A stretch of DNA of 64,000 nucleotides from Octopus vulgaris (Eukaryota). Both the position numbers and the translations under genes were made by a program. Every line of letters begins with the position of its first letter. The first letter of the stretch is position 1. This document shows, piece after piece, positions 39,091 through 52,699 of the stretch. The stretch spans positions 73,532,001-73,596,000 of the forward strand of contig OX597827.1 in assembly GCA_951406725.2 (NCBI GenBank), given 5' to 3'. Under the pieces are notes generated by a model. The model saw only the letters and a program-made list of their open reading frames with translations. It did no database searches and was not told where the DNA came from.

Positions 39091-40267
39091 CAGGAGTTGA
39101 ACAAAATAATGGAAACATCTTGAAATTTTAAACAAGTTATCATAATATGGGGTAGGACCGCCCTTGGTAGTACTTACAGCTTCAAGTCTACGAGGTACGG
39201 ACTCGTACAAAGTTTGAATTGTTTCCAAAGGAAGTTTTGTCCATTCTTCAGGTAAAACAATCTCCATTTCTTGTAGTGATGATATTGATATGGTGTAGGG
39301 TATCGGCTCTTTACATGTTTCAATAAAATGCACGATAAATGCTCAATAATATTGGGATCTGGGGACTGAGGTGACCCGATGAATTTTTCAACATCACTAG
39401 AATGTTTTTCCTGCCATTCAGAGACAACTTTAGCTGTGTGAATTTGTGCATTATCATCCTGAAAGATTGCGTTTCCCCCAGGAAACTTTTCTGCAACCAT
39501 ATAAGGAATTTGATCAGATAAAATGCTTAAATAGCCTTTACTATTAATTCTGCCAGATATTCCTCCATGTTTAATAGTTCGAAGAAAGCAGTCTGGGTTA
39601 AATGGTTCTTGCTCCTTTTGGCTCTCTGCACACGTATACTCGACCGGTCGTCGGAAGTAAGGGAAAGGGTGCTGTAAGGACCAATTCTGTAGTTTTTTAC
39701 TCCACTCTAAACGCTTTGCGACGTTTGATTTTGAAAGTAGTCGTTTTCTGATTGTAGCCCTCACGTGAAATCCGGCTTTGTGCAGCTCCCTGCAAACAGT
39801 TTTTTGTGGAAACAGGGTTCCCAATATGGTCATTGAACTCTGCAGCAATTTTGGGAACTGTACTTTTGTGATCAATTCTAACAATTCGCGTATCTGAAAG
39901 TTTTGGTTCTCTTCCGGAGTTTTATTTCGAAGAGGAGGTTTTTCCCACTTTCTCAAAGGCTGCATTACTTTCAGAATAGTATTTCTTCATAAACTAAACA
40001 TTTCGGCTGTTTTTGTTATGTTAGCACCTGTCATATGAGCACCAACAATTCGACCTCTTTGAAAGTCCAATAGAACTGTTATATTAATGAATTTTGATTA
40101 CCTTTTCCTAATGGTAACTGAAAAGAAGCAGCAATTTTAGCAAGACATATTATGCGACAATAATAAATCAGAAAATATATAAAAATAAGTTTTTGATGGT
40201 TTTTATAGATATTTCAAACTTTTGATGCTATAATAGTTGGCGTTTGCATTATTTTGTCCAACCCCTG
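39091..40267 (-). mobile_element. Tc1-like transposon copy 2 (both TIRs, TA target, decayed ORF)
   Basis: ta|caggagttgaacaaaataatggaaac ... gtttgcattattttgtccaacccctg|ta. Motifs FQDDNAQIHTAK and SPQSPDPNIIEHL. Confidence 0.9.
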
Positions 40268-40893
40268 TATATATACATCATAGATATAAGGTAGATGAGA
40301 AGTCACGTTGAAGATCGAATGCACTAATCTAAACAATATATATTTACTTCTCACTAAGACATCTCATTTACCGTCGTAACAAAGCAAGCGGAATCATTAG
40401 GACGACCGGCAAAAGTCCTTAGCGGAATTTCTTCCGTCTTTACATTCCGAGTTCAAATTGTCGCTGAGGTCGACTTTGACTTTTTCTCGCTGGTAATAGT
40501 ACTTAGTGGTTTTTTCTGCCCAAGTACACGTTCTGAGTTCAAATGCCGATGGAGTTGACTTTTTCTTTCATTCTTTCGAGGACGATTAAATAACTACCGG
40601 TTGAACACTGGGGTCGATGTAATCGACCCACCGTCTTCGGAAAATCCGTGATTTAGAAGACTTAATTAGCAGTAGCAGGAGATGTGTGGTACACTATTGA
40701 GGGGTATGATAGAGTATTATAGAGACACTGTCTGAAGAGGTGAATACATGTCTTCACCAGCTGGAAAGATAATTTGAATCCAATACTCTTAGTAAAAGAA
40801 TGAACGCCACATTTTCTTTTATTCATAGCCTAAAATAAAGGTTTTAGCCTCATGACAAAGGTTTGGTTGTGTTACATATCCAGCCTTTTCGTG

Positions 40894-40941
<48 letters not shown>

Positions 40942-41518
40942 AGTCATTCGATTGCGGCCATATTGGAGTACCCCATTGAGGAAATGTACGCAAACGAATC
41001 GAGCGCAATAATTTTTTTTTCATAAAATTTTATCTATTTTTTTTGCTGAACCGCTGTTCATAGCTCGATTAAAACTGATTGCTAAGCGCATTGTGGGTTC
41101 ACGGTGTAATATCTTGGTTATCACATGTGACATTATGATAATACTCTATATCAAATAAAACATTATTTCATTTATCTTATGAATCGTGACAAGCCAAATG
41201 TAGAAGAAATGCCAAACATATAGAAAGTATCGTTTAGTCGTTGGTACTTATGGCGAAATATCAGTCATTTGTATTTATTATTTCATAATATTGCTTAAAT
41301 GTATAACTATTGGTTGACGGTTTAGGTAAAATATATTTGAGACAGGTTGCGGTATCAAAGCGACAAAAGTATTTTGGCAAATTAAATTAAAATTTTGAAG
41401 TGACTCTAACGGGTTTTGTGTGTTTTAAATGGCTTATAAACACTTTCCATACTGCAATTGTTTTCGTTCCAGCGCACGATCTCAGATCAGGTCACTTGCT
41501 ATGCGGGTACATCTCCGT

Positions 41519-41578
<60 letters not shown>

Positions 41579-41809
41579 TAGAATAGTGGATATATAATTG
41601 TCAATTCGGTATAATTATACGTCTATTTTAGGTCCAGGATAAAGAAATATGTCATTCATTCATTTACTAAAAACATTGCAAAGGTAAAGGAAATACCTTA
41701 GTCAGAATTATGAACTCAGACATCAAATTACTGGATCAAGCATGAAACTCACTTAATTATACATCGATTAATTAGGATGAAATTTAACATAAACGAGATG
41801 CAGATTGGT

Positions 41810-42540
41810 TTCCTGTCGGTGAGAAGTATGGCAATTATAGAAGTATTTAGCTAAATGTAAGCCACTAAACGTCACATTCGTCGATTTGGAGAAAGCATTA
41901 GACAGTGTTTCTTCTTCTAGTCACTGTAGGAACGAGTAGATAATTTGATGCTGAGAGTCGTTCAAGCTATTTACAGGGATTTGTAAGTAACGCGTGAGTA
42001 ACAATGCGTACAACGATGAATTTATTTATGACGGTCCTCTGTGTCATAAGAGAGCTATTTAAAGCCAGTCGCTCTTCAGGAACCTTCCTATGCTAATGAC
42101 CTTGCTTCCATAGCAGAAGCTGTATTAGAATATGAAATGAAATTTCAGGTATAGAAATAAAATATTGAATCAAATGGCCTTAAAATTATTTTAACGAAAT
42201 TGAAGTTTTAATTCGAACGAAAATAGACAATATGCTAATCTCTTCAGGTAAATGGTCCTATTCAAAATGTAGAAGTGATATAGGAAGAAATTCCATACAG
42301 TACTCATTACAAAGAAGGGCCATATAAGAGGTACAGCAGTATCACAGGAAGTTTAACGAAGAAAATAGGTTTTGTGGACGATTCTTGGGCGCAATGAGCA
42401 CTAAGAGAAATGGGAAATAGATTTTCTGGAATATATAAGAAGACCCTTAGAAGTCGTAGATAGTTTCTGTTTATTAAGAGAACTAAATAGCAGTGAGGGG
42501 TATGTACTGAAAGTATATCTGTTAGAATAAGAACTAAAGT
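41810..42540 (+). mobile_element. Decayed RTE-like LINE RT fragment
   Basis: FVDLEKALD (ttcgtcgatttggagaaagcattagac) and YANDLA (tatgctaatgaccttgct) motifs, with many stops. Confidence 0.55.
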
Positions 42541-42549
42541 ACTAGTCTT

Positions 42550-44900
42550 ATGTCCAAGAGAGGCTGCACTTGATGCCAATTCTACTGCCTTCTTCAAGTT
42601 TCCGGGCAACATATCCATGCATAGACTTCTTGTTATTTTGTATGCTGAGTGCTTTCCATCCAGGCCTTCTTTTAGATAAGAGAGCCCATCAGCTTTTGAG
42701 CTGTATAGGGAAAGTGTGTTTCTTGAGGAGTTCACTGCCAACTCGTACAATGATCCTCACTTAACTTTTCAGCATTGCATTTACTTTTTAATTTTACTGC
42801 TGTTGTTCAACAAGTGCTGACTGAGTGTGATACCAAACGGCATTCATTCGAAGTCCGTCTGCTCTGATCTCAGGCCTCTACTACCTTCATTTCTTCTTAG
42901 GTAGAGCGTGTAAACATCACTGTTTCTGTGGAGCTACTCACTTCCTGTCAGGATTTTGCGGGTTTTGATATCTATGGAGCGGATTTCCTCTACAGACCAA
43001 TCAAGGATCCCAAATGTTGGGATCAGCTCTGCATTGTGGGATATTGTTTTGTTATATGAGGAGAGTGTAATATTCTGGGGCCACTCTATCTTTATTCACA
43101 GTGCCTTCATATGATACATTTTCGTTTATACCTAGGTACTTCTAACATTTTGTGTGCGGAATTGGGGAGACAGAGGACAGTTGATGCACAGGTTTTGGGT
43201 TTGGGGACTGACTTTCCTCGTTTTAAAACCAAATATGAACATTTCTTTCGACCAAATTCCATGCCTATAACAGCTGAAAATGTTATTAATTCCATTTGTT
43301 TTTTGGTATTGTTAACACTTTTAGCATAAATTTTGAGCTTGTCTACAAAGTAATTATGAGTTACATTGATATGTCTGGCAGTTGAAGGTCCTAGCATGTA
43401 ACCATTGTTTTCTGCAGTAGGAACGATTATGGATTCAGTGCCATATTGAAAGGAGGTACAGAAAGACTATCTCACTGAAATATTCCCTTTAAGATGCCTG
43501 CACTATTTGGAACAAATATTCTGTTCTCAGTTGGAAGGAAGGATGAGAACTATTGTCCATGTCTTTGTGAGTCTCTCTATAGCAAAACTTAGGGTGGTAA
43601 GTACTTTTGCTAGGTGCAGGCACTTCAACAGCCATGAATGATGGATAGAGCCGATTGCCTTCTTACAGTCAAGCTATACTGTCACAAGACTTTCTACGCT
43701 TTTTTCGTACTTCAGACAGTACAGCTTTCTTTGTTAAAAGTTGTTCGGCACATCCCAACACCCCGTCCTTTCCGCCAGCCTGTTCATCAGTCACAATGTT
43801 GTTCAACTCTCAATGGTCCTGAAAGAATTGATTGCAGCAACATGTGTACAGTTTGTGCATAATGTTTAGGCAAGCAATGGGCCTGTAGTTCCCTGCCATT
43901 TCGGTGATTTCATTTTTGGCAACAAAAATTGTTCTTGCTATAACAAGCCAATTTGGTGTATCGTTCTGACCTTCTATAGTCCTTCAGAACATACATATCA
44001 ACTGGTTTCCTATAAAATGTCAGATTCTTAATGTTTTCTTCAAGTTTTGTTTTCCATCTAGGTTGTTTCCGTTTAGTAATTTCTTTACTTTGTTTACTGT
44101 AGATTTCTCCTAGGTGTTCTTTAAGAGTAAAAGCGGCTGTGTATATATAAGATTATTTAAATTCCAGTAATTAACTTCACGTGATTCCATGTTATCTACA
44201 GGGACATCGTTGATAACTTTAAACATTAGATCGGTCGGAGTTTTTCTCACTGTCGATCGGAATGGTCTGCTGCTCAACGAAAACTTCGAGAAAGTAGCAA
44301 AATGTTTTGCGAATTGTAACTTTAAAATGTTCTTGAGTTGGTCGTATTCCGCAGTCTTCGCTCTTGTGTCTGCCAAGGTTGGAGATACACTCGAATTTAG
44401 CGATGGCGGGAGCGATGGTTTGTTTACATTATTTTTAACGCCACTTCTGGCACATTTTGTCCCATTCTCAGTGTTTTGGGAGGATCGAGGTTTAGTTGAC
44501 TTTTTTTCATAAAAGATGCTTGTTGTCGGAGTTATTTCGCTGTGAAGGCATTTAAGTTGGGATGAGCTTCGTCCCAGTTTTGTTTTAATCGCTTCATGTA
44601 TCCGATTGAAGGGACATGTCCAGCTTTTTCATAGCAGCGAAGTAAATCTTAGTTTAGTTGCTGGGTACAAGTAAAATGAAAAGAGTCCTTACGTCTTCTT
44701 AAATTACTCACTGGCGAAATAATTGTATTTTCATCGGTGGTGTTAGTTTTATCTGTGGTGATGTTAGTTTCATCTATAATCGTGTTAGCGAGATTCCACG
44801 TGGTGAAGATGTGTATATTAAAATCTTTTGGTGAGTAAAAGATGTTTATCGTATTAATTATTGCAGAAATAATCCACTTACCGATTCAAGTTGGAGAAGT
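42550..44900 (-). mobile_element. Decayed R4/Dong-like non-LTR retrotransposon
   Basis: AGNYRPIACLNIMHKL, EQAGGKDGVLGCAEQLL, a GIFQ.DSL-like motif, THNYFVDKLKIYAK, IGMEFGRKKCSYL and SMHGYV. Confidence 0.7.
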
Positions 44901-44984
44901 CGACATATTTCTAAAAGAAGGCGTTCAAAACGGACATTTTAAACGGTCTTCTACACCTGCACGTCCGGTGCTGACAGCGCCATT

Positions 44985-45300
44985 ATGTATGTATGTATGT
45001 ATGTATGTATGTATGTATGTATGTATGTATGTATGTATGTATGAATGTATGTATGTATGAATGTATGTATGTATGTATGAATGTATGTATGTATGAATGT
45101 ATGTATGTATGTATGTATGAATGCATGTATGTATGTATGTATATATGTATGTATGTATGTATGTATGCGCGTGTGTGTATGTATGTATGTGTGAATGTAT
45201 ACATGTGTGTATGTATGTATGTATGTATGTATGTATGTATGTATGTATGTGTGTATGCATTTCTGTATGTGTGTATGTATTGGTGTATGTATATATGCAT
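44985..45300. repeat. (TATG)n / (ATGT)n microsatellite
   Basis: Read directly from the sequence. Confidence 0.95.
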
Positions 45301-46142
45301 GTAAGTATATATCCGTCCATCCATACCTCCACATATATACGTATTTACATGTGCATGTATGTTAGTGTGTGTTTGTTTGTGATCGTGTAAATATATATGA
45401 AGCAGTCAATACATACACGCAAAAACACCTGACTTCTAAACAGACATATTCTTATAGACTTCAATTTTGTGTCTGGATATCCCTGACATTATTTCTTGGT
45501 TGCCACTTTTAATTGATTTAATCTGAAAACAGCCATATATTCTATATTTCATAAATCAGTTCGTTTTATTACATGTGGTAAGCCATATATACAGGGAATG
45601 TTTATAAATATAAACAGATATCGTTAAATCGCTTATATTTATGGTGAAATATCAGTAACTTGTGTCTTTTATTCCATAATGTTCGTTAAAAGTATAAACT
45701 TCGCTTGATGGTTTAAATAACATTTATTATTCTCTTTTTAAATTTAGGCAATTATTGAAATAGTGAATTACTAAAAGTTAGGGAGAAACATTTCCTTATG
45801 ATGATGGAAGATTTCTCACAAGATTATTTGTCCTATATATGATGTCATTAACTGATCGGATATTTTGTATTATAGTCATTATATTTATGACCATACAGAT
45901 TGTAGTTGTGTGTTTAGGTTTTTATATTTATTAATGGAGCTATTTTCATTGAAGGATTTAAACACATCACTGACGTAAGGAAATGAAGTATATAACAATT
46001 GTAGGTGTTATGTTAGTATAGATTTTTGTGTATTCCACACGCTAATCTGATTAAGCGTCTTCATGATTTCAGTAAACAATGTACACAATGGTATCGTAAA
46101 TATGTTCTGAGAGGAATTCCCATATAATCATCTTAATATTAG

Positions 46143-46271
46143 CCTGATATAGTAACACATTTGGTCTCCAATATAAAATATCTTGTCGTTGTTCCGAAAA
46201 ATATTACCACAGTAAAGGACCGTATCCGGGTGATTTCAATGTAGAATACACCGGATTCAGTTACCAAGAAA
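46143..46271 (+). pseudogene. Decayed type-A EGF pseudo-exon
   Basis: 129 bp after ttag|, reading x*YSNTFGLQYKISCRCSEKYYHSKGPYPGDFNVEYTGFSYQE. The first Cys is TGA, 6 of 8 Cys are lost and the donor GT is lost. The upstream intron is homologous to that of the 60526 exon. Confidence 0.8.
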
Positions 46272-46889
46272 TTTATTTTCAGTACAAGGGCACTTTTAGC
46301 AGATGAGGGTTTTGTGGCTAAGGCATTCAGGTTTTGTAAGTGGGTTAAATCCTTGGCTTATGTTACGTAAGCCTATCGCAGTGTGACTTGATGGCACACG
46401 AATCATTTCCACTGATGAAATAAACATTGTAGCTCAAGGATAAAATTTTGAGATTAGGAGATAACAGAATAAACTGTAAATAAACGGTTGTAGGTAACGA
46501 GAACTGCTGCTGTATCTTGCATAAGAAACATCAGGAATCCTCAGACATTGGTTTAGAGGTCCAGGTTCATGATTGCTGACGGCTGCAAGAATAGAGAGGG
46601 GAGAGAGAGCGAGTAAGTCAGTTCGAGAAAAGCGTACAAGCTATGCCCGAAAGAACTCCAGACATAAGTATCTCATTCTTTTTCTATATCAAATACTACA
46701 TTATACATAAATTTCTCCTTTTCTTGAAACAGTAAAATATGATGTGAAGTAAATGCTGTTTGTAAGAGTTCAAGAGAGTCTCTATAAATACACACACACA
46801 TACACTCACACACACATACACGTATTCGTTGATTACTTTATATATTATGGCCGTAATGATGAGCAAGAAAAGAAAAATTAAATATATAG

Positions 46890-47060
46890 GGAAGGCGCAG
46901 ATCTGGCCCTGTGGTGGGAAGCTTGTTTCCCAAACCCATGGTTGTGGATTCAGTCACACTGCGTGGCATCTTAGACAAATGTCTTGTAATATAACCTAGG
47001 GCCAACCGAAGCTTTGTGAGTGGATCGGTAGGAGGAAACTGAAAGAAAGCCCATCGTATA
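46890..47060 (+). mobile_element. tRNA-derived SINE (decayed)
   Basis: ggcgcag...tggccctgtggtgggaagcttg...ggattcagtcacactgcgtggcatc...ggaaactgaaagaaagcccatcgtata. Related pieces lie at ~4975-5045 and ~34450-34570 (-). Confidence 0.6.
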
Positions 47061-47985
47061 TCCCAGGTGATGGGTCAACCTCACACACTGGGTGGTCCAT
47101 AATAAGAGACAATATGTATATGTAGGAAATTTCTAGGCAGAGAATTCACATTATATAGAAGAAAGACATGGGAATAAAGTTCACAGCTCATCTTATTCGA
47201 GAAGGTATGGAAATTAGTCTGTAATTCCATGAAGGTATAGTCCTTTAAGTATAATCCAGGTAAATCTAGGCAGTATGTGGAATGTTGTATTCAGATTGAA
47301 TGAATAGATTAATTGATTATCTTATAAGAAAAAAATGGTGTTTTATAGTGTGAGGAAGACAAACATCAGGATAGATTTGAAAGAAAGTGGTGGTGTGAGT
47401 GAGTGAATAGAAAAGAGACAAGAAAGGAATACGATAGGTACTGGAAATAGAAAGAGTGAGAGCGAAAGCGAAAATATAAAGAAAAGAACAAGTAAGAGAA
47501 AGATAAAAGGGAAGAGACCGACATTATTCTTCGTCAGGGTGGATTCCGGGTGCGAGGTTAAGGGTTAAGGTATTGGTAAAGCGGAGAAGGAAGGCATTTA
47601 TGCTATTAAAGGGTAATTCAGTAGATAGAAGAATTCTAGGTTCAGCGTGGTGAGAAAGAATAAACTTTAGTTCAGTGGTCAGTAAGGGAGGTAAAATTCT
47701 AGAAATGGATGCCTTAAGAATTAAAAAGAGCATTGCAGTAGGGGAACTTCTAAGATACTTATGTTGAGGTAAATGTATAAATAGATGAAGGAAAAACGCA
47801 CGTATATTGAAATGATGAATGTAGTTAAGAAAGTATTATGCGTGTTGATTTGCTTGCATATGGACCTGTGGAAGAACCTAAATGTAGAATAGAACTTATG
47901 TTTGCATGAAGAGACTGCTTCATGCTGTCTATTAAATAATTGTGGTGAATCCCATTAATAACCATAAATACAGTCTTTCTCCACT

Positions 47986-48040
<55 letters not shown>

Positions 48041-48138
48041 CCAACGATGGTACGGACGCCGCAGTATATATATTATGTAGAAAAATATAAACTGGGACAA
48101 GAACGTAAAACAGTTAGAAGACGATACAAAAAACAATT

Positions 48139-48172
<34 letters not shown>

Positions 48173-48190
48173 TATATGTCTTCTTCTTTT

Positions 48191-48358
<168 letters not shown>

Positions 48359-48939
48359 AAAAGAAGAAGACAAGGAAAATACTTTAACTCATCTTTAATT
48401 ATAAGTTAAACATGTTTCCATACTGACTCCATTTGCAACACCAGTTTACGCGAGAATTCTAAAACAAAATTTATGTTATATATGCTGTTTGGGGCATCGG
48501 AGAGGCTTATAGACTTTAATTTAGTATCTGGATATCTCTGACGTTATTTCTTCATTGTTACGTTTAATCCAAGTATTATCCTAATACTCTATATTTTTTA
48601 AAAAGGAAACTACTTAAATTGTCTTATTTCTTTTGACAAGCTAATTGCAGACGTTGTACATTTATTGTAACGAGCTAATTGTAGACTGTTCCTTACAATT
48701 CTTGAAGAGTTCCATAATATTAGTTGTCCTATTTAGAGATTCCATATTATACCCCATTTAATTGAGGGGGTCTTGTCTTCCGAGAACTTGCTGACATCAC
48801 TAGTGCTGAATCGTCAGATATTGGTTTAGAGTTCTAGTTCCATGATTGCTGACGGCTGCAGGAATGGAGAGTGATGGGAGAGAGAAAAATAAAAGAGACA
48901 CAGAGAGATAGAGAGAGAAAGTGTAAGTCAGCCCAGAAA

Positions 48940-49607
48940 CGGTCCCAGATGTCAAGAAGGTAATTTTCTATACTTCATTCCAAAATTATTAAATTATGTT
49001 TTATATTTCATTTAATGTCTCTACCTGTTCAATCTTGTTTATGAGAACATATTACGTCAAGCGAAACAATGTTTAATGTTTGTTTACAGGCATGCAAAAT
49101 CTTAATTATATTTCTTAAGTAGAAACGTATTATAGACATACATTTTATTATATTCAGTAAATGATATCTAATATAATTTGTTTATACCAATATTTTCAGA
49201 ATGTAAAGGAGATAAATTTGGTGTAAATTGTAAAGATATATGTCACTGTGTTGACAACAAAAAGTGCGACAGACGAAATGGGACATGTCCAGATGGGTGT
49301 GCTGCTGGATATGACGGTGATAATTGTCAACAAGGTATAATTTAAGTCTACATTATATTTTTAAAAATATGTCTCAGCCTGTGAATTCGTCTCTTTCTAA
49401 ATATTTCCTGGTATTTTAATAATGTGCGAGTGGAAATGAGGACTACACGGGTTTATAACAATTATGCTTTTCAAGCATTCATTCACAAAAATCTTCGTAA
49501 AGAAATCAGGAAATATTTGACTCGTAATAACTATGTATATATCTGTAAGTGTGCGCGTGCGTGTCTGTGTGTTACATAATCATTCGGAGACATACACACA
49601 CACACAC

Positions 49608-49678
<71 letters not shown>

Positions 49679-50379
49679 ATTCTTACTTAATGTACGTGGA
49701 TATAATGCACAAAGTCAAAAAACTGCGGCGTTCGTCACGTGATCACATCTCACATTCATGTGTTGTGATAAAAATCAGACAAAACGTTAAATTGTTTAAA
49801 TCTAGATTTTTTTTTTCACCGTCATTTGTTGCAGGTATTCAGTAGCCATGGAATATGTAAACAAATTTAGTTCTACTGAAACAGGAAGACAGTAATTAAT
49901 AAATCACTAGTTTTCCTGTGTCCGTAGAGGTACACGCATTAATGTATTGATACGATAACACAAGTAACGTGCAAAACACGTAATATAGAAACAATCTGAA
50001 ACTATGACCTGGCAACAATGGACTTATTAAAAATGTCAGGAACAGAATAAATGCCACTATTTCCATGCTTACAACTTATCACAGGTGTATAGTGGTAAAG
50101 GGTGGTAGTAATGTAACTACTATATTCGTGATAAATACTTCGGTAACATTTCATTGCCCAAAAGTTAGAAACGTTCACGAGTTGACGTAATGAATATTTT
50201 AGAAAAATATGTTAATTACTTTAAATATTTTAGAAATAGATGTTAATACTGCCTTCAAATGAGGATTGCCGGGCATGTTTTATCATGCACAGCATGAAAT
50301 CAATTGATGTTGGAATATGTATTAAAACTACCTTCAATTTTGCTCCTGAAGGCAGGTCTACTTTTTAAAATGTTCATTA
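48940..50379 (+). repeat. Displaced duplicate of 52809-54233 (last 20 bp of exon A, intron, exon B and downstream intron)
   Basis: Collinear and highly similar to 52809-54233. Flanked by a ~70 bp direct repeat (48870-48939 and 50381-50454). Confidence 0.88.
49200..49334 (+). CDS. Host gene exon: EGF-like module, type B
   Basis: ttttcag|...|gtataa, 135 bp. CKGDKFGVNCKDICHCVDNKKCDRRNGTCPDGCAAGYDGDNCQQ. Confidence 0.82.
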
Positions 50380-50834
50380 CAGTGAGCGGAGAGGGGGAAA
50401 TAAAAGAGAGACAGAGGGATAGATAGAGAGAGAAAGTGTAAGTCAGCCCAGAAAAGCTTACAAGCAATGAACCAAGATATTCCAGACAGAAGTATCTCGC
50501 TCTTTTCTATATCAAATACTACATTATGCAAAAATCTTTTCTTTTCTTAAAACTGTAAAATAAGATGAGAAATAGATGCTGTTTGTAAGAGTTCAAGAGA
50601 CTATCTACAATCACACACACACACACAGAAAGGTAAATGTATTCATTGATTACTTTATCTCTTATTGTTTTCATGATGATTAACACGAGTACATCTAAAT
50701 ATATGCAGAAAGTTCAGATGTGGCTTGCATTGCAACAGGTTGTACTGGGTTATATCTTACCAGTAGCACTCGAAAGTGACCTGACATAGCATACATACAT
50801 ACATACATACACACACACACATACGCACACACAG

Positions 50835-50879
<45 letters not shown>

Positions 50880-50894
50880 CATGCATATATATTG

Positions 50895-50951
<57 letters not shown>

Positions 50952-50961
<10 letters not shown>

Positions 50962-51560
50962 TATTAGAGACAAAACCACTATTTTGCAAAACAAACAAGG
51001 AAAGACTTAATCAATACATAAAATTTTAATAAATAGTCAAAAAAACCGCCACTACAATCGTTTCTTGTCTTGATCGACAATCTTCAGGTGGACTTCCAAT
51101 TACAAGTCAGTTTCAAATCAGCATGAAATCAATTGATGTTGGAATATGTATTAAAACTACCTTCAATTTTGCTCCTGAAGGCAGGTCTACTTTTTAAAAT
51201 GTTCATTACAGTGAGCGGAGAGGGGGAAATAAAAGAGAGACAGAGGGATAGATAGAGAGAGAAAGTGTAAGTCAGCCCAGAAAAGCTTACAAGCAATGAA
51301 CCAAGATATTATTTGAAACTGACTTGTAATTGGAAGTCCACCTGAAGATTGTCCATCAAGACAAGAAACGATTGTAGTGGCGGTTTTTTTGACTATTTAT
51401 TAAAATTTTATGTATTGATTAAGTCTTTCCTTGTTTGTTTTGCAAAATAGTGGTTTTGTCTCTAATAATATTTTATAATATTTTACTATAAAATTGGATT
51501 TAATCCTAAATCTGATTTTTTCCCCTGTAAATTTGGATTTATTCCCTAATATTTATTATT
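50952..51560. mobile_element. Hammerhead-bearing foldback (167 bp inverted arms) with a 192 bp captured host loop, in (TA)n
   Basis: Arms are 50952-51118 and 51311-51477. The loop 51119-51310 equals 50290-50481. The right arm continues to ~51560. Confidence 0.88.
51338..51380 (+). ncRNA. Minimal type I hammerhead ribozyme (inverted twin at 51049-51091 on -)
   Basis: CCAC-CTGAAGA-TTGTC(catcaa)GACAA-GAAAC-GATT-GT-A-GTGG: intact core, GUA triplet and near-palindromic stem III (ACGATTGT). Confidence 0.8.
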
Positions 51561-51949
51561 ATATATATATATATATATACATGCACACATACACACACAC
51601 ACACACACACATGTATATTTATATATATATAATGGACTAAACCGTCGTTAGACAATGTCTTAGCAAACAGCGACGCAGATGATTTGTTTGCAGTGATCAA
51701 ATGAAATCGACATTATTTGCACTGGGGCAACGGGTGCCCCATGCCAGGTGACGAAATGATCGCAGAGCAACGTGGAATGAAGTGTTTTGCTCTAGAAGAC
51801 AACGCAACGCCACGTCTGGAGATCGAACGCATGACCTCGCAATCCTTAACCACTGAGCCATGCGTGTTCACACACACATACACACACAGTCACAGACACA
51901 CAAACACACACACACATATAGATATCTACATATGCATACATATATATAC

Positions 51950-52003
<54 letters not shown>

Positions 52004-52163
52004 GTGCATGCTGTTTACTTGGGTACATATAAAAGTGAATATGTATGTATGCATGGATAGGTATCCATACATATGTGAATAGATGTATTTCAGTGACTTT
52101 ACGTGTTTATGTGTGAGTACCTGCCTTCCTGCAAATGCAAATTCACGTAGGGACATAATTGCT

Positions 52164-52225
<62 letters not shown>

Positions 52226-52273
52226 CATATATATATGCATATATGTATGCATATATATATATATGCATACATG

Positions 52274-52339
<66 letters not shown>

Positions 52340-52345
52340 CATATA

Positions 52346-52425
<80 letters not shown>

Positions 52426-52592
52426 TAATCCAAACATGAAAGTACAAAGAGAAAACACAAACGCAAGGACGTGGAACAAATATTGTATTATTTGATACTC
52501 AGGAAGGAAGGGAAGAAGGAGGGTTTTACGTTTCGAGCGGAGCTCTTTGTCAGGAACATAGGAAAAGGAAAGATCCAGAGAAGGGAAAACAC

Positions 52593-52655
<63 letters not shown>

Positions 52656-52699
52656 AGGCGGAATACTCCGGATTCGTTTCTAACAATACTTTATTCCAG

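Larger units (their letters stand above)
34520..40300 (+). repeat. Tandem duplication of a ~3 kb unit (exon A, exon B and a Tc1): ~34520-37600 and ~37760-40300
   Basis: Introns, exons and the Tc1 are collinear and highly similar in both units. Confidence 0.88.

Noticed and set aside
48940-48959. Functional type-A exon
   Set aside because: Only the last ~20 bp and the donor remain. There is no acceptor or 5' portion.
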